Positions 30,864 through 40,071 of a stretch of 64,000 bases of DNA are shown in pieces. Numbering within the stretch: the stretch's first letter is position 1; the number at the start of each line of letters is the position of its first letter. The notes below the pieces were generated by a model. That model did no database searches and was not told where the DNA came from. It was given only the letters and a program-made list of their open reading frames with translations. A program made the translations under genes and the position numbers. The DNA comes from Elusimicrobiota bacterium (GTDB lineage: Bacteria; Elusimicrobiota; Elusimicrobia; F11): contig JBGAON010000001.1 of assembly GCA_044221725.1 (NCBI GenBank), forward strand, positions 160,001 through 224,000, written 5' to 3'.

Positions 30864-32566
30864 AACTTTATCTCCTTATCCTGAGCGATTGTGTTCGGTT
30901 CTTTTTCTGATGGGGCAACGAGTGGCAGTTTAATCGTGAAGCTGGTGCCTTTCCCCACGTGGCTAGTGACAAGAATCTGGCCTCCGTGTTTTTCGACAAT
31001 GTTGCGGCTAATCGCGAGTCCCAGTCCCGTTCCACGCGCTTTTGTGGTGAACAGTGGTTCAAAAATCTTGGACAAGTGAACCGGTTCAATGCCGCATCCG
31101 GTATCTTCAAACGTGATCAAAATAAATTCTTGATTAATGCCTTCTTCACCGGCGGTTTCAACAACGAATCCGGATTTGATCGTGAGCTTTCCACCCTGCG
31201 CCATGGCCTGCACCGCGTTACCGATCATGTTGCAGAAGACCTGATTCAAGCGATCCGGGTCCACCATTGCCGACGGCAATGTCACATCAAGGTCCCAGGC
31301 GAGTTGGATGTTTTCGGGGATGAGCACGATATTGGGCAGTTTTTCGAGCACCTCGTTTAATTGGGTGTGGCGTGGAACGAGCGCAACGACGCGTGAAAAA
31401 TCCAGGAGTTCTCCGATAATCACAACCGAAGCATCGACTTCGCTCTCGACCAGCTTCAAAATCATTTTCATATGCGGATCCGTTTCAAGAATGGGGTTGT
31501 TGGCGAGCGCATTTTTCACGTAATAAATTGCGTTTCGAATGGCGCCGAGAGGATTCTTTAGTTCATGCGCCACACCCGCCGCCAGCCGTCCGATGCTCGA
31601 GAGTCTTTCGCTGCGCAAAAGTTGGTTGTGTAAGTCTTTTTCCTTTTGTGCCGAAAGTTTTAGATCGGTCACATCGCGCATCACGGATTGAACCACGCGT
31701 TGCCCGCCGTACGTCAGCATTTTGCTCGTGTGCGCGATAATGCGAATAAGTCCGTCGCTACGCACAATGGAAATCTCGTTATCGGCGGGCCGTCCACCGC
31801 TAACGAGCGTTTTTACCTCGTTCATGAGTCGGTTGTGCTCTTGCGGATGACAGAGATCGAACACGGTCATGCTGAGCAATTCTTCTTTCGAGTATCCGCT
31901 CAACTCAGCGGCCACTTGATTCACGTTCAGGTGCTTCCCGGATGTCGGGTCGATAATAAATATCGCGAGACTCGATTGTTCGAACAGGTTTTGATAGCGG
32001 TCCTTTGTCAGATGAAGTTGCTGTTGGGTGTTTTGAAGTTCGAGCGCCATGTTGTCTTCATCGTAATAGCTGAGATCGGCCGTTCCTTCGCTGGCCCAGG
32101 CACGCCGTGATTGTCCGACCAAGTGACAAACGGAATCGCCCCTGGCCACGCAGCTCGTTTCGAGAAAATAGATTGGTTCGCCGTTTCGCTGGCTGATCAA
32201 GCCCGTGAGAAAGCCGGCCAAAAACCAACACTGGCAAGACGACGTCTTCTCGGAAAAAAATAGTAAGTGGTCAGCCGCTTCTCGGGAACTTGCTGCCTCG
32301 TACACGGTAAGGTTGAGACGTTCGTTGGCCACGGGGCGTGCGTTTCCTATTTCGAGAAAAAGTTTGTCGGCGTCGACATTTTTCAGATCAAGGTTTTGCC
32401 CATACGATAAGCCCACTCGCGCTAGAACGCCGTGTGCACGAGTTTCGCCAAGAGTCCAAAAAAGTTCGCGCCGAAAGCGGCCAATCACGTCCGGTTGAAA
32501 CATCATGGCCACATCGCCGTTTGTCTTTTCAGATTTGTGCGCGGTGATCGCTAACCGCGATTTCAT
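30860..32566 (-). CDS. Cytoplasmic sensor histidine kinase, XylR_N/V4R-PAS-HisKA-HATPase
   Basis: V4R-like CWFLAGFLTG...ETSCVARGDSVC; PAS YQNLFEQS; AHELKNPL, DTGCGI and GTGLGL. ATG 32566 overlaps the FIST stop. Confidence 0.88.
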   Translation of the reverse strand: MKSRLAITAHKSEKTNGDVAMMFQPDVIGRFRRELFWTLGETRAHGVLARVGLSYGQNLDLKNVDADKLFLEIGNARPVANERLNLTVYEAASSREAADHLLFFSEKTSSCQCWFLAGFLTGLISQRNGEPIYFLETSCVARGDSVCHLVGQSRRAWASEGTADLSYYDEDNMALELQNTQQQLHLTKDRYQNLFEQSSLAIFIIDPTSGKHLNVNQVAAELSGYSKEELLSMTVFDLCHPQEHNRLMNEVKTLVSGGRPADNEISIVRSDGLIRIIAHTSKMLTYGGQRVVQSVMRDVTDLKLSAQKEKDLHNQLLRSERLSSIGRLAAGVAHELKNPLGAIRNAIYYVKNALANNPILETDPHMKMILKLVESEVDASVVIIGELLDFSRVVALVPRHTQLNEVLEKLPNIVLIPENIQLAWDLDVTLPSAMVDPDRLNQVFCNMIGNAVQAMAQGGKLTIKSGFVVETAGEEGINQEFILITFEDTGCGIEPVHLSKIFEPLFTTKARGTGLGLAISRNIVEKHGGQILVTSHVGKGTSFTIKLPLVAPSEKEPNTIAQDKEIKL

Positions 32567-33480
32567 GACGGCACAACCATCACGAGAATCGAATCGCCGT
32601 CGTTCGGAATGGAACGGTTGGGTCGCCGTACGAATTGGTTTTCCGTCGAAACCGCGATGAGCGGCAGTCCCGACATTTGCGTGGAAATCTCTTTTAGTGT
32701 TTCGAAACGCACGGGAACGGTGTGGTTGTGATGAGAAAGAAAGAAGATAAAGCCAAAACATGGAACATTGTTTTGAAGTTGGGCCGTTGCTTCTCGCAGC
32801 GCCGTTTTTATGGCCTCGCGCGTGACATCGGATTGCGTTTTAAATGCCTCCATGGCAACGGAGCCGACGCCCCACGGGCGGCGCGAGAGAATTTCAAGTC
32901 CAATAAGTCCCCTGATCGTTGTGCTATTTCCGCAATAAATAGGAACGGTTTGATCCGCTTGGCTGGCAACACCGATGATCCAATTGTCGAGTCCGAAGTC
33001 GGCCGAAAGAGTTTTTGCAATCCGTTGCCGCGCATCTGAAAGGTGATGGGAAAAAACAATGGAGCCATGGTGGGGAAACTCACGAAGCATATTGCCTCGG
33101 AGCTTGCGATACTGCGTAATGAGCGATGTGCTGCCCCGAAGAATTTCCTGTGAGTTGATATTTGTTGAGGCAATTGAAATTCGGGTTTCGGGAAGTTGAA
33201 AGGCGAGCACAATCCACGTGTTCGCAATTTTGCTTTCTGAGCTTAGAACGGCGTCCGATGGAACGGCGATGAGCACGTCTTCGCCAATGACAAGACGCAC
33301 ACCCTCTACAAAGTCTTTGAAGTGAATTTTTCCGGGGCCGAAAATAAGCACGAGATCAATGGCGCCGGCGGGCAGTTGATTTTTAGCGGCCTGCGCGGCC
33401 TCGCGGCCACATTGAAAGGCGTCCGGATGCGTTGCAAAACCCAGACCGAGCTGCGTTTTTCTGTCGACGAGCGTATCCAT
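32563..33480 (-). CDS. FIST-domain signal transduction protein
   Basis: GLGFATHPDAFQCGREAAQAAKNQL...DLVLIFG FIST-N pattern; first gene of the kinase operon. Confidence 0.65.
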   Translation of the reverse strand: MDTLVDRKTQLGLGFATHPDAFQCGREAAQAAKNQLPAGAIDLVLIFGPGKIHFKDFVEGVRLVIGEDVLIAVPSDAVLSSESKIANTWIVLAFQLPETRISIASTNINSQEILRGSTSLITQYRKLRGNMLREFPHHGSIVFSHHLSDARQRIAKTLSADFGLDNWIIGVASQADQTVPIYCGNSTTIRGLIGLEILSRRPWGVGSVAMEAFKTQSDVTREAIKTALREATAQLQNNVPCFGFIFFLSHHNHTVPVRFETLKEISTQMSGLPLIAVSTENQFVRRPNRSIPNDGDSILVMVVPS

Positions 33481-33544
33481 GCCTAATTATGAGGATGTTT
33501 CCGAAATCAGGACCTTTCAAGTCTTTTGAGCTTTGGAAATAGTC

Positions 33545-33573
33545 TTGAAATTGGTGCATTTTGCCTCTAGATT
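33545..33573 (+). promoter_or_regulatory. Candidate sigma70 promoter
   Basis: TTGAAA-17-TAGATT, 12 nt before ATG 33586. Confidence 0.55.
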
Positions 33574-33585
33574 TAGAGCTAATTT

Positions 33586-34785
33586 ATGTTCCCGACACTG
33601 GCCGTCATATTTTTCCTGGTTCTTATTATGTTGATGACGCTCATTTTCTGGGTTGGTGCTCAAAATGCGCACAAACGGGACATGGTCTATAAGTCCGCGC
33701 TCGAAAACAATCAGAAAAAATTGGACCTTCAAACATCGCGCATTAATATTCTTTCACGGGCGCTCCCGAATCTTCAGGCTGTTGTCGGCGATGTAAACGC
33801 GGTTGAAGGTTGGCAAACCATGGCGCTCGACGAAGCTCGTGCGTTGTTATGGGCAGACGGCGCAAGCTATTGGCGCGTGAACGAAACTCAAAAAGAGTTG
33901 GAGCTTTCCGTTTCGCGGGGGCTTGAAACCACGATTAAAGAAACCCGAGTTCATATCGATAAAAGTCCCGACGACGCCTTATCGCAAGCGGCCAAAACGC
34001 GCGTGCCGGTGTTGATGACCAACAACGAAATTGTGTCCGAACCGCAAAGCACATTGGCTGTTCCTCTGGTTATCTCGGGAAATTTGTGGGGCGTTTTTCG
34101 ATTTCTCCGAAAAGGCGAGGACAAACTGGGGTCGAGAGAATTGGATCTTTTGTCAATGTTTGTGCGCCAGTTATCGGTTGTAATTGAAAACCGCGAAATG
34201 ACCACGCATCGAGAAAGATTTTATTTGGAGCTCGTACAAACATTGGCAGAAATCCTGGACTCGCGCGATTCCGCAACGATCGGGCAGACGAAGAAAGCGC
34301 GTGCGTTGGCGCGGCGTGTGGCGCACGAATTGGATATGCCGGAGCAATTCACGTATTACTTGGAATTTGCAGCACTGCTGCACGATATTGGAAAAATTGC
34401 GATCGATGAAAGTGTTCTGCGCAAGCCCGGCAAGCTAACGCCGGAAGAATTCGACATGATCAAGAAGCATCCGGAGATCGGATACAAAATCCTCGCACCC
34501 GTCACGATGTTGGCGCCCGTCGCACCCATGGTGCTTTACCACCAAGAATGGTTCAACGGTAAGGGTTATCCGGAAGGGCTTAGCGGAGAAGAAATTCCTT
34601 TGGGTGCGCGCATTGTCGCCATTTTGGATGCGTGGAGCGCGATGACGTCCGATCGCCCTTGGCGGACGGCTCTTCCAAAAGACGAAGCGCTGAAAGAAAT
34701 ACGAAAAGGGTCCGGTTCGCAATTTGATCCGCGCGTTGTCGAAGCGTTTGTCGCGGCCGTTGAAAAGCACGGGGCCGACGTTTAA
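33586..34785 (+). CDS. Membrane-anchored GAF plus HD-GYP protein (variant motifs)
   Basis: N-terminal TM, GAF (TLAVPLVISGNLWGVF), LHDIGK, YHQEWFNGKGYP and GSQFDP. Confidence 0.88.
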   Translation: MFPTLAVIFFLVLIMLMTLIFWVGAQNAHKRDMVYKSALENNQKKLDLQTSRINILSRALPNLQAVVGDVNAVEGWQTMALDEARALLWADGASYWRVNETQKELELSVSRGLETTIKETRVHIDKSPDDALSQAAKTRVPVLMTNNEIVSEPQSTLAVPLVISGNLWGVFRFLRKGEDKLGSRELDLLSMFVRQLSVVIENREMTTHRERFYLELVQTLAEILDSRDSATIGQTKKARALARRVAHELDMPEQFTYYLEFAALLHDIGKIAIDESVLRKPGKLTPEEFDMIKKHPEIGYKILAPVTMLAPVAPMVLYHQEWFNGKGYPEGLSGEEIPLGARIVAILDAWSAMTSDRPWRTALPKDEALKEIRKGSGSQFDPRVVEAFVAAVEKHGADV

Positions 34786-34792
34786 TCCGCAT

Positions 34793-34821
34793 TTGTAGTT
34801 CTCTCCAACGTCTCCTACACT
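34793..34821 (+). promoter_or_regulatory. Candidate sigma70 promoter
   Basis: TTGTAG-17-TACACT, 14 nt before ATG 34836. Confidence 0.5.
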
Positions 34822-34835
34822 AGGCCTTCGCTGGT

Positions 34836-35975
34836 ATGAAAAAACTCTGTGCATTTCTCTTTTTGTTGGGAGTGTCGGCTGGTCATGTTCGCGTGTTTGC
34901 AGAAGTGCCGCTTCGCGATGATCAAGTGCTCATTTATGAAATGAAGGAAGACCCCTCTCTTCCTCAGTTCGTGGCCAATTATTCTGCGAAAGGGTTCTTC
35001 GCTCTTGAGATTGACGAGTTTAAAGGATTGGGTTCCGTCACGTACCGTGTGGACAATTTGGTTGTGACCGCGGACGCCGACCTTACCGTTAAGAAGAATC
35101 AATTGATCCTCACCTACGGCAAACGCAAGAAAATTTGGATTCGATCGCAACAGACCGACGCCTCCGGGAAAACGCACGACGTGATTCTTCCTTCCGGGTG
35201 CGACGGCGATCAAGTTGGTTGGCGTTACGGCGGTAGTTTCGCCCGGCACGTGGTGCGCCGCTCAGACGATACGCAAAAGCGAATCATCGCTAGCAACGCA
35301 AGCCTGGAATTCGAACTGGCGCAAGAACGGTGTGGAGGGCCCAATGGCGAGTGCGGTCCCGTTGGTTGCGGATTATCGAATGCGGTGTCATCGGGCACCG
35401 TTGCTCCGTTGGCGGCGGCGACGCCGGTGCCCGTTTCGACGCTCACGTTTCATGCCGCACTCCTCGAGGCAAAGTTAAGCAGTAGCGATATGCTGCGCAG
35501 CTATCAAGCCGATATCGACACTGTGCTACCAGCGCCACTTCTGCAACTCTCCGTCGTGTCAACGGACTACGTTACAACGCCGTATCCTTTTCTTGGCAAT
35601 ACTGATCCGTTCATCGAGAAACGTCAACTAAAGGTCGGCGTCATCTCAAAACGCTATTTGCTTGAAGACAAAATCACATCGATGACCGTTTCCATTGAAC
35701 CACTGCTCGAAGAGTTTCGCGATGGTTCTTCGAAGTGCGGCGCATGGGATAGCAATTTGAACCGAAGCATGTTTGACTTCCGGGGCCGATCCGCCATGTA
35801 CGAACACGTGCCCTCTTCTCCGACGGATCTTGAGAGCAGCGCGTTCTACGTCTGCGGTCAGACGGTGTCGATATCGATGAAAGTGCAAGGAAGCCGCGCT
35901 CGGGAATTGTTCACGCAATTTGCCGATCAATTGCCTTTTGATCTCATTGAGAAAATAATCGGAGGTTCCAAATAA
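34836..35975 (+). CDS. Secreted hypothetical protein
   Basis: Signal peptide MKKLCAFLFLLGVSAGHVRVFA; several Cys; no family recognised. Confidence 0.7.
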   Translation: MKKLCAFLFLLGVSAGHVRVFAEVPLRDDQVLIYEMKEDPSLPQFVANYSAKGFFALEIDEFKGLGSVTYRVDNLVVTADADLTVKKNQLILTYGKRKKIWIRSQQTDASGKTHDVILPSGCDGDQVGWRYGGSFARHVVRRSDDTQKRIIASNASLEFELAQERCGGPNGECGPVGCGLSNAVSSGTVAPLAAATPVPVSTLTFHAALLEAKLSSSDMLRSYQADIDTVLPAPLLQLSVVSTDYVTTPYPFLGNTDPFIEKRQLKVGVISKRYLLEDKITSMTVSIEPLLEEFRDGSSKCGAWDSNLNRSMFDFRGRSAMYEHVPSSPTDLESSAFYVCGQTVSISMKVQGSRARELFTQFADQLPFDLIEKIIGGSK

Positions 35976-36640
35976 TGCCGCTCTATGTTGTGGCCACGCC
36001 GATCGGGAATTTGAGCGATATTACGCTGCGTGCGATCGAGACGCTCAAATCTGTCGACGTGGTTGCGTGCGAAGACACGCGACGAACCGAGAAGTTGTTA
36101 AGTCATTTGGGTTTCCGCAAGCCGTTGCATCGGTACGACGAACACACCCACGAAGCATCGTCGCGTAAAATTCTAGAGATGCTGCGAAACGGACAATCGG
36201 TCGCGCTGGTTACGGATGCCGGCACGCCTGCCGTCTCGGACCCTGGTGCCCGGTTGGTTGAACTTGTGGTCCAGCAGAACATTCGCGTAATTCCAATTCC
36301 TGGTCCATCATCGGTTGTGGCCGCCCTGTCGGCGTCTGGATTTTCGGGCGACGGCTTCGTGTTTTTGGGATTCCTTCCCCGACGGACAGGCAAGGCCCGG
36401 CGCGTGTTGCAGGACACCCTCGGATTAGGTAGAAACCTCGTGCTGTTTGAATCCCCGTTTCGAGTCCGCAAAACACTGGCTTTAATAGCCGAAGAAGCAC
36501 CCGATGCCCAGGTTATTGTCGCCCGAGAGCTCACCAAACTCCATGAAGAGTTTTTGCGAGGAAATATCGTTCAAGTTCAAAATCAACTGCTTGAGCGCCC
36601 AGAAAAAGGGGAGGTTGTTGTTTTAATTAGGAGAGATTAA
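35975..36640 (+). CDS. rsmI: 16S rRNA C1402 2'-O-methyltransferase
   Basis: LYVVATPIGNLSDIT, CEDTR, DAGTPAVSDPG and ARELTKLHEE motifs. Confidence 0.96.
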   Translation: MPLYVVATPIGNLSDITLRAIETLKSVDVVACEDTRRTEKLLSHLGFRKPLHRYDEHTHEASSRKILEMLRNGQSVALVTDAGTPAVSDPGARLVELVVQQNIRVIPIPGPSSVVAALSASGFSGDGFVFLGFLPRRTGKARRVLQDTLGLGRNLVLFESPFRVRKTLALIAEEAPDAQVIVARELTKLHEEFLRGNIVQVQNQLLERPEKGEVVVLIRRD

Positions 36641-36641
36641 C

Positions 36642-37664
36642 TTGATTCGCGTATCGATTCTCGGCGCCACCGGCTACTCGGGCGGCGAGCTTTTAAAAAT
36701 TCTTCTGAAACACCCTGCCGTGTCCTTGCAGCACCTCACGTCCGAATCTTCCGCCGGTCAGCCGATTCACGCCGTTCATGGCGACCTGCGCGGGCGGCTC
36801 TCCAAGAAATTCAGCAAACCTGACATTGCCCAAATCGCGCGCGATTCCGATGTTGTTTTCTCTTGTTATCCTGCAGCGGCGGGCATTAAGCCGAACGCGC
36901 AGTTCGTAAAGTCCAAAGTGAAAGTCATCGACCTTTCGGCGGATTTTCGATTGCCGAACGCCGCGATGTACAAAAGCTGGTACAAAGAAACGCACAGCGC
37001 TCCGGCGTTACTGAAGTCGGCGGTTTATGGTCTCCCTGAGCTGTTTCGTGACCAAATTCGTCGCACCACGCTCGTGGCGAACCCGGGATGTTACGCAACG
37101 GCCGCGATTTTGTCCGCGGCACCGCTCGTGAAGCCGCTGGTCATTGATCCGTCGAGCATCATTGTTGATGCAAAGTCGGGCGTTTCTGGCGCCGGTAAGA
37201 AGATCGCATCGGAGTACATGTATTGCGAGGTTGAGGGAAATTTCAAAGCCTACAACGTCGCACGTCACCGTCATCAACCGGAAATCGAGAGCGTGTTGCA
37301 TCGCCTCGCTCGTGTTTCCATCACGCTGACATTTTCGCCGCATCTCGTCCCTATGACGCGCGGCATTCTGTCGGCGTTTTATGCAACGCTGAAAAAACCG
37401 ATGAAAACCGCAGAGCTCAGGTCGCTCTTCGCTCGGTTCTATGAAAGGGAGCCCTTTGTTCGTGTGTTGCCGGAAGGCGAACTCCCCCAAACGAAAAACG
37501 TCGTTCAAACTAATTATTGCGATATTGGAATCACGCAAGACTCAAGGACCAACCGTGTTATTGTGTTCGCCGCCATCGACAACTTGGTGAAAGGCGCCGC
37601 CGGACAGGCTGTTCAGAATATGAATATTCTTTTCAAACGCCCGGAAACGGAAGGTCTTCTGTGA
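36642..37664 (+). CDS. argC: N-acetyl-gamma-glutamyl-phosphate reductase
   Basis: GATGYSG, DLSADFRL, ANPGCY and DNLVKGAAGQAVQN motifs. Confidence 0.96.
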   Translation: MIRVSILGATGYSGGELLKILLKHPAVSLQHLTSESSAGQPIHAVHGDLRGRLSKKFSKPDIAQIARDSDVVFSCYPAAAGIKPNAQFVKSKVKVIDLSADFRLPNAAMYKSWYKETHSAPALLKSAVYGLPELFRDQIRRTTLVANPGCYATAAILSAAPLVKPLVIDPSSIIVDAKSGVSGAGKKIASEYMYCEVEGNFKAYNVARHRHQPEIESVLHRLARVSITLTFSPHLVPMTRGILSAFYATLKKPMKTAELRSLFARFYEREPFVRVLPEGELPQTKNVVQTNYCDIGITQDSRTNRVIVFAAIDNLVKGAAGQAVQNMNILFKRPETEGLL

Positions 37665-37688
37665 TTCTGTCGCGCACAGGAGATTCAA

Positions 37689-38081
37689 ATGGGTTTTTTA
37701 GATGCACTCAAGAAGTTGTTCGGAGGTTCCTCCGAAACGCCGACGTTGCAACCCGGCGACCGTATGCTGGTTTGCGAGGATTGCAACTCTCAATTTGTAT
37801 TTGATGTAGGAGAGCAGCGGTTCTTCCGCGAAAAAGGGTTTACCGAGCCCAAGCGTTGCCCGAAATGCCGAAAAAAAGTTCGCTTCCGTATGCGCCGTCG
37901 CGGACGTGGGCATGGTCAAAGTCACGGACAGAATCAAGGTGGCGGCAACCGCAATCCGAACCAAAATGGCCAGCGCCATCCGCAGAATAACAACAATCAT
38001 TCACAGCAGCGAAAGAATCGGCATCACGGTCGACGCCATTCGGTTATCGACGGAGATTCCCCGTACGCCGACGAGAGATAA
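37689..38081 (+). CDS. Zinc-ribbon (zf-trcl-like) protein with a disordered Q/N/H/R-rich tail
   Basis: LVCEDC..FVF..GEQ.FF.EKGF.EPKRCPKCR. Confidence 0.8.
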   Translation: MGFLDALKKLFGGSSETPTLQPGDRMLVCEDCNSQFVFDVGEQRFFREKGFTEPKRCPKCRKKVRFRMRRRGRGHGQSHGQNQGGGNRNPNQNGQRHPQNNNNHSQQRKNRHHGRRHSVIDGDSPYADER

Positions 38082-38085
38082 AAAC

Positions 38086-39330
38086 ATGAAAAGTTCACAC
38101 TGGCCTTTGGGCTTCTCGGCAACCGGTTTAAGTGCCGGATTGTCGAAGAAAAAAAATAAGAAAGATATGGCGTTGTTTGTCGCGCACGTGCCCGCGAACG
38201 GCGGTGCTGTGTTCACGAACAATCAAGTCAAAGCCGCGCCTGTATTGCTGACCCAGGAGCGTCTTTTAAAAACGCGCGGACATGTTCGCGCGGTGGTTGT
38301 AAATTCTGGTTCAGCGAATGCCGCGACCGGAAAACCGGGTTTGAAAGATGCGACGCAATGCACGGCGTGGGTCGCCGAAGGATTGGGTGTGCCGAAGGAC
38401 CACGTGTGGGTGGCTTCCACCGGTGTGATTGGAACACGCCTAAATATGCCGAAGTATAAGAAGGGTCTCGAGCGCATGATTGAACAAGTTCGCTCGGGCG
38501 CCGCCAACAATGTGAACGAAGGGCATTTGGCCGCTGAAGCGATCATGACAACCGATACGCAAGTGAAGATTGCCGAAACGTCCTTTAAAATTGGCGAGAC
38601 AACCGTTCGCATGTGGGGCTGTGCGAAAGGATCGGGCATGATTCATCCGGATCTGCGCGGTCCGCGCGGACAACTGCACGCCACAATGCTCGTTTTCATT
38701 CTGACCGACGCGAACATTAAGTCTCCGTTGATTCAGCGCGCTCTCGAGTGGGTGGCGGACAAAACATTTAATTGCGTGAGCGTTGACGGGGACACATCAA
38801 CAAACGATTTTGTATCGGTGCTCGCCAACGGTGCGTCGGGCGCCCACGAGATCAAGTCGTTGAACGAGCCGTCGTACAAAGTCTTTCGATCCGCCTTGCA
38901 CGAGGTGTGCGAGAAACTCACCACGTATATTGCGATGGACGGGGAAGGCGCATCGCGCCTTGTTCAGATTTTTGTCGAAAACGCGCGCACCGAAAAAGGC
39001 GCGCGACAGATGGCCTCCGTTGTCGCATCATCGCCGCTTGTAAAAACCGCCTGCCATGGCGCCGATCCAAACTGGGGTCGCATTTTGGCGGCCATGGGGC
39101 GTTCGGGCGTGAAGTTTGATCAATCGAAAGTAAAAATTTGGCTGGGCGGAATGCTTGTGTGCAAAGGCGGCGTTGAGTTGCCATTCAACGAAGCGCAGGC
39201 GATTCGCTATTTGCAGAACAAACGCATCGTTATTCGTATTGATCTAGGGCTCGGCAGCCAGTGGTCCCATTACAAGACATGCGACTTCACTGGCCAATAC
39301 GTTGGTATCAATGCGGGTTACCGCACATGA
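38086..39330 (+). CDS. argJ: Ornithine acetyltransferase / N-acetylglutamate synthase
   Basis: STGVIG, IMTTDT, KGSGMIHP..ATML, VDGDTSTND and DGEGA motifs. Confidence 0.95.
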   Translation: MKSSHWPLGFSATGLSAGLSKKKNKKDMALFVAHVPANGGAVFTNNQVKAAPVLLTQERLLKTRGHVRAVVVNSGSANAATGKPGLKDATQCTAWVAEGLGVPKDHVWVASTGVIGTRLNMPKYKKGLERMIEQVRSGAANNVNEGHLAAEAIMTTDTQVKIAETSFKIGETTVRMWGCAKGSGMIHPDLRGPRGQLHATMLVFILTDANIKSPLIQRALEWVADKTFNCVSVDGDTSTNDFVSVLANGASGAHEIKSLNEPSYKVFRSALHEVCEKLTTYIAMDGEGASRLVQIFVENARTEKGARQMASVVASSPLVKTACHGADPNWGRILAAMGRSGVKFDQSKVKIWLGGMLVCKGGVELPFNEAQAIRYLQNKRIVIRIDLGLGSQWSHYKTCDFTGQYVGINAGYRT

Positions 39331-39335
39331 CGGGT

Positions 39336-39425
39336 GTCATAATCCTGGCATGCCTTTAGCCAGGATCCATTGTATCTTCGATAGAAAAATGGGCCCTGGA
39401 TAGCGACATTCCAGGGCGACGGATT
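39336..39425 (+). repeat. REP-like palindromic element, copy 2 (argJ-tsaC gap)
   Basis: GTCATAATCCTGGCATGCCTTTAGCCAGGATCCA...TGGGCCCTGGATAGCGACATTCCAGGGCGACGGATT. Confidence 0.8.
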
Positions 39426-39429
39426 ACGA

Positions 39430-40071
39430 TTGAAGACGAAGGTTTTAAAAGTTCGTGGTAACAAACTCGATGCAAAGCAGCTCGCATTTTGCACCGAAAC
39501 CATTCGCGCGGGCGGCGTTGTCATTTTCCCGACGGACACCGTCTATGGTGTTGGTTGCAACGCGTTCAATCCGCACGCGATTGAGCGGATCTACAAACTA
39601 AAAGGTCGCAGTTACACCAAACCACTTCCCATCCTGCTCGCAAGCGCCGATCAGCTTCGGTTTGTTGCGAAAGAAGTCCATCGGGAAGCCACCGTTCTTA
39701 TTGAAACTTATTGGCCCGGTCCGCTGACGCTCGTATTCAAAACCTCGCCGCTCGCGTTGCACGCGGCCCGTGGCAAAGACACCATCGCGGTGCGCGTACC
39801 AAAATCCGACGTTGCGAGTATGTTGCTCGCCGCCGTTCAGGTCCCGCTCGCGACCACAAGCGCAAATCCCTCGGGAAAACCAGCTTTTCATAAAGGCACG
39901 GACGTCCACAAACATTTTTTTGGAAAGGTGGATGTGATTGTTGATGGCGGTGTCTGTCCGGTCGGCGAAGCCTCCTCGGTCGTCGATGTGACGCACGTGC
40001 CGTTCACGATTCTTCGGGAAGAGGCTGTGTCACGCAAAGAGCTTGCTCGCAAGCTGCGGTTGGAATCATGA
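39430..40071 (+). CDS. tsaC: Threonylcarbamoyl-AMP synthase (YrdC/Sua5 family)
   Basis: FPTDTVYG, KLKGR..KPL, YWPGPLT and TTSANPSG motifs. Confidence 0.93.
   Translation: MKTKVLKVRGNKLDAKQLAFCTETIRAGGVVIFPTDTVYGVGCNAFNPHAIERIYKLKGRSYTKPLPILLASADQLRFVAKEVHREATVLIETYWPGPLTLVFKTSPLALHAARGKDTIAVRVPKSDVASMLLAAVQVPLATTSANPSGKPAFHKGTDVHKHFFGKVDVIVDGGVCPVGEASSVVDVTHVPFTILREEAVSRKELARKLRLES

Noticed and set aside
33551..33565. TTGGTGCATTTTGC as a sigma54 promoter
   Set aside because: GG-GC spacing is 8 rather than 10; a sigma70 match fits better.
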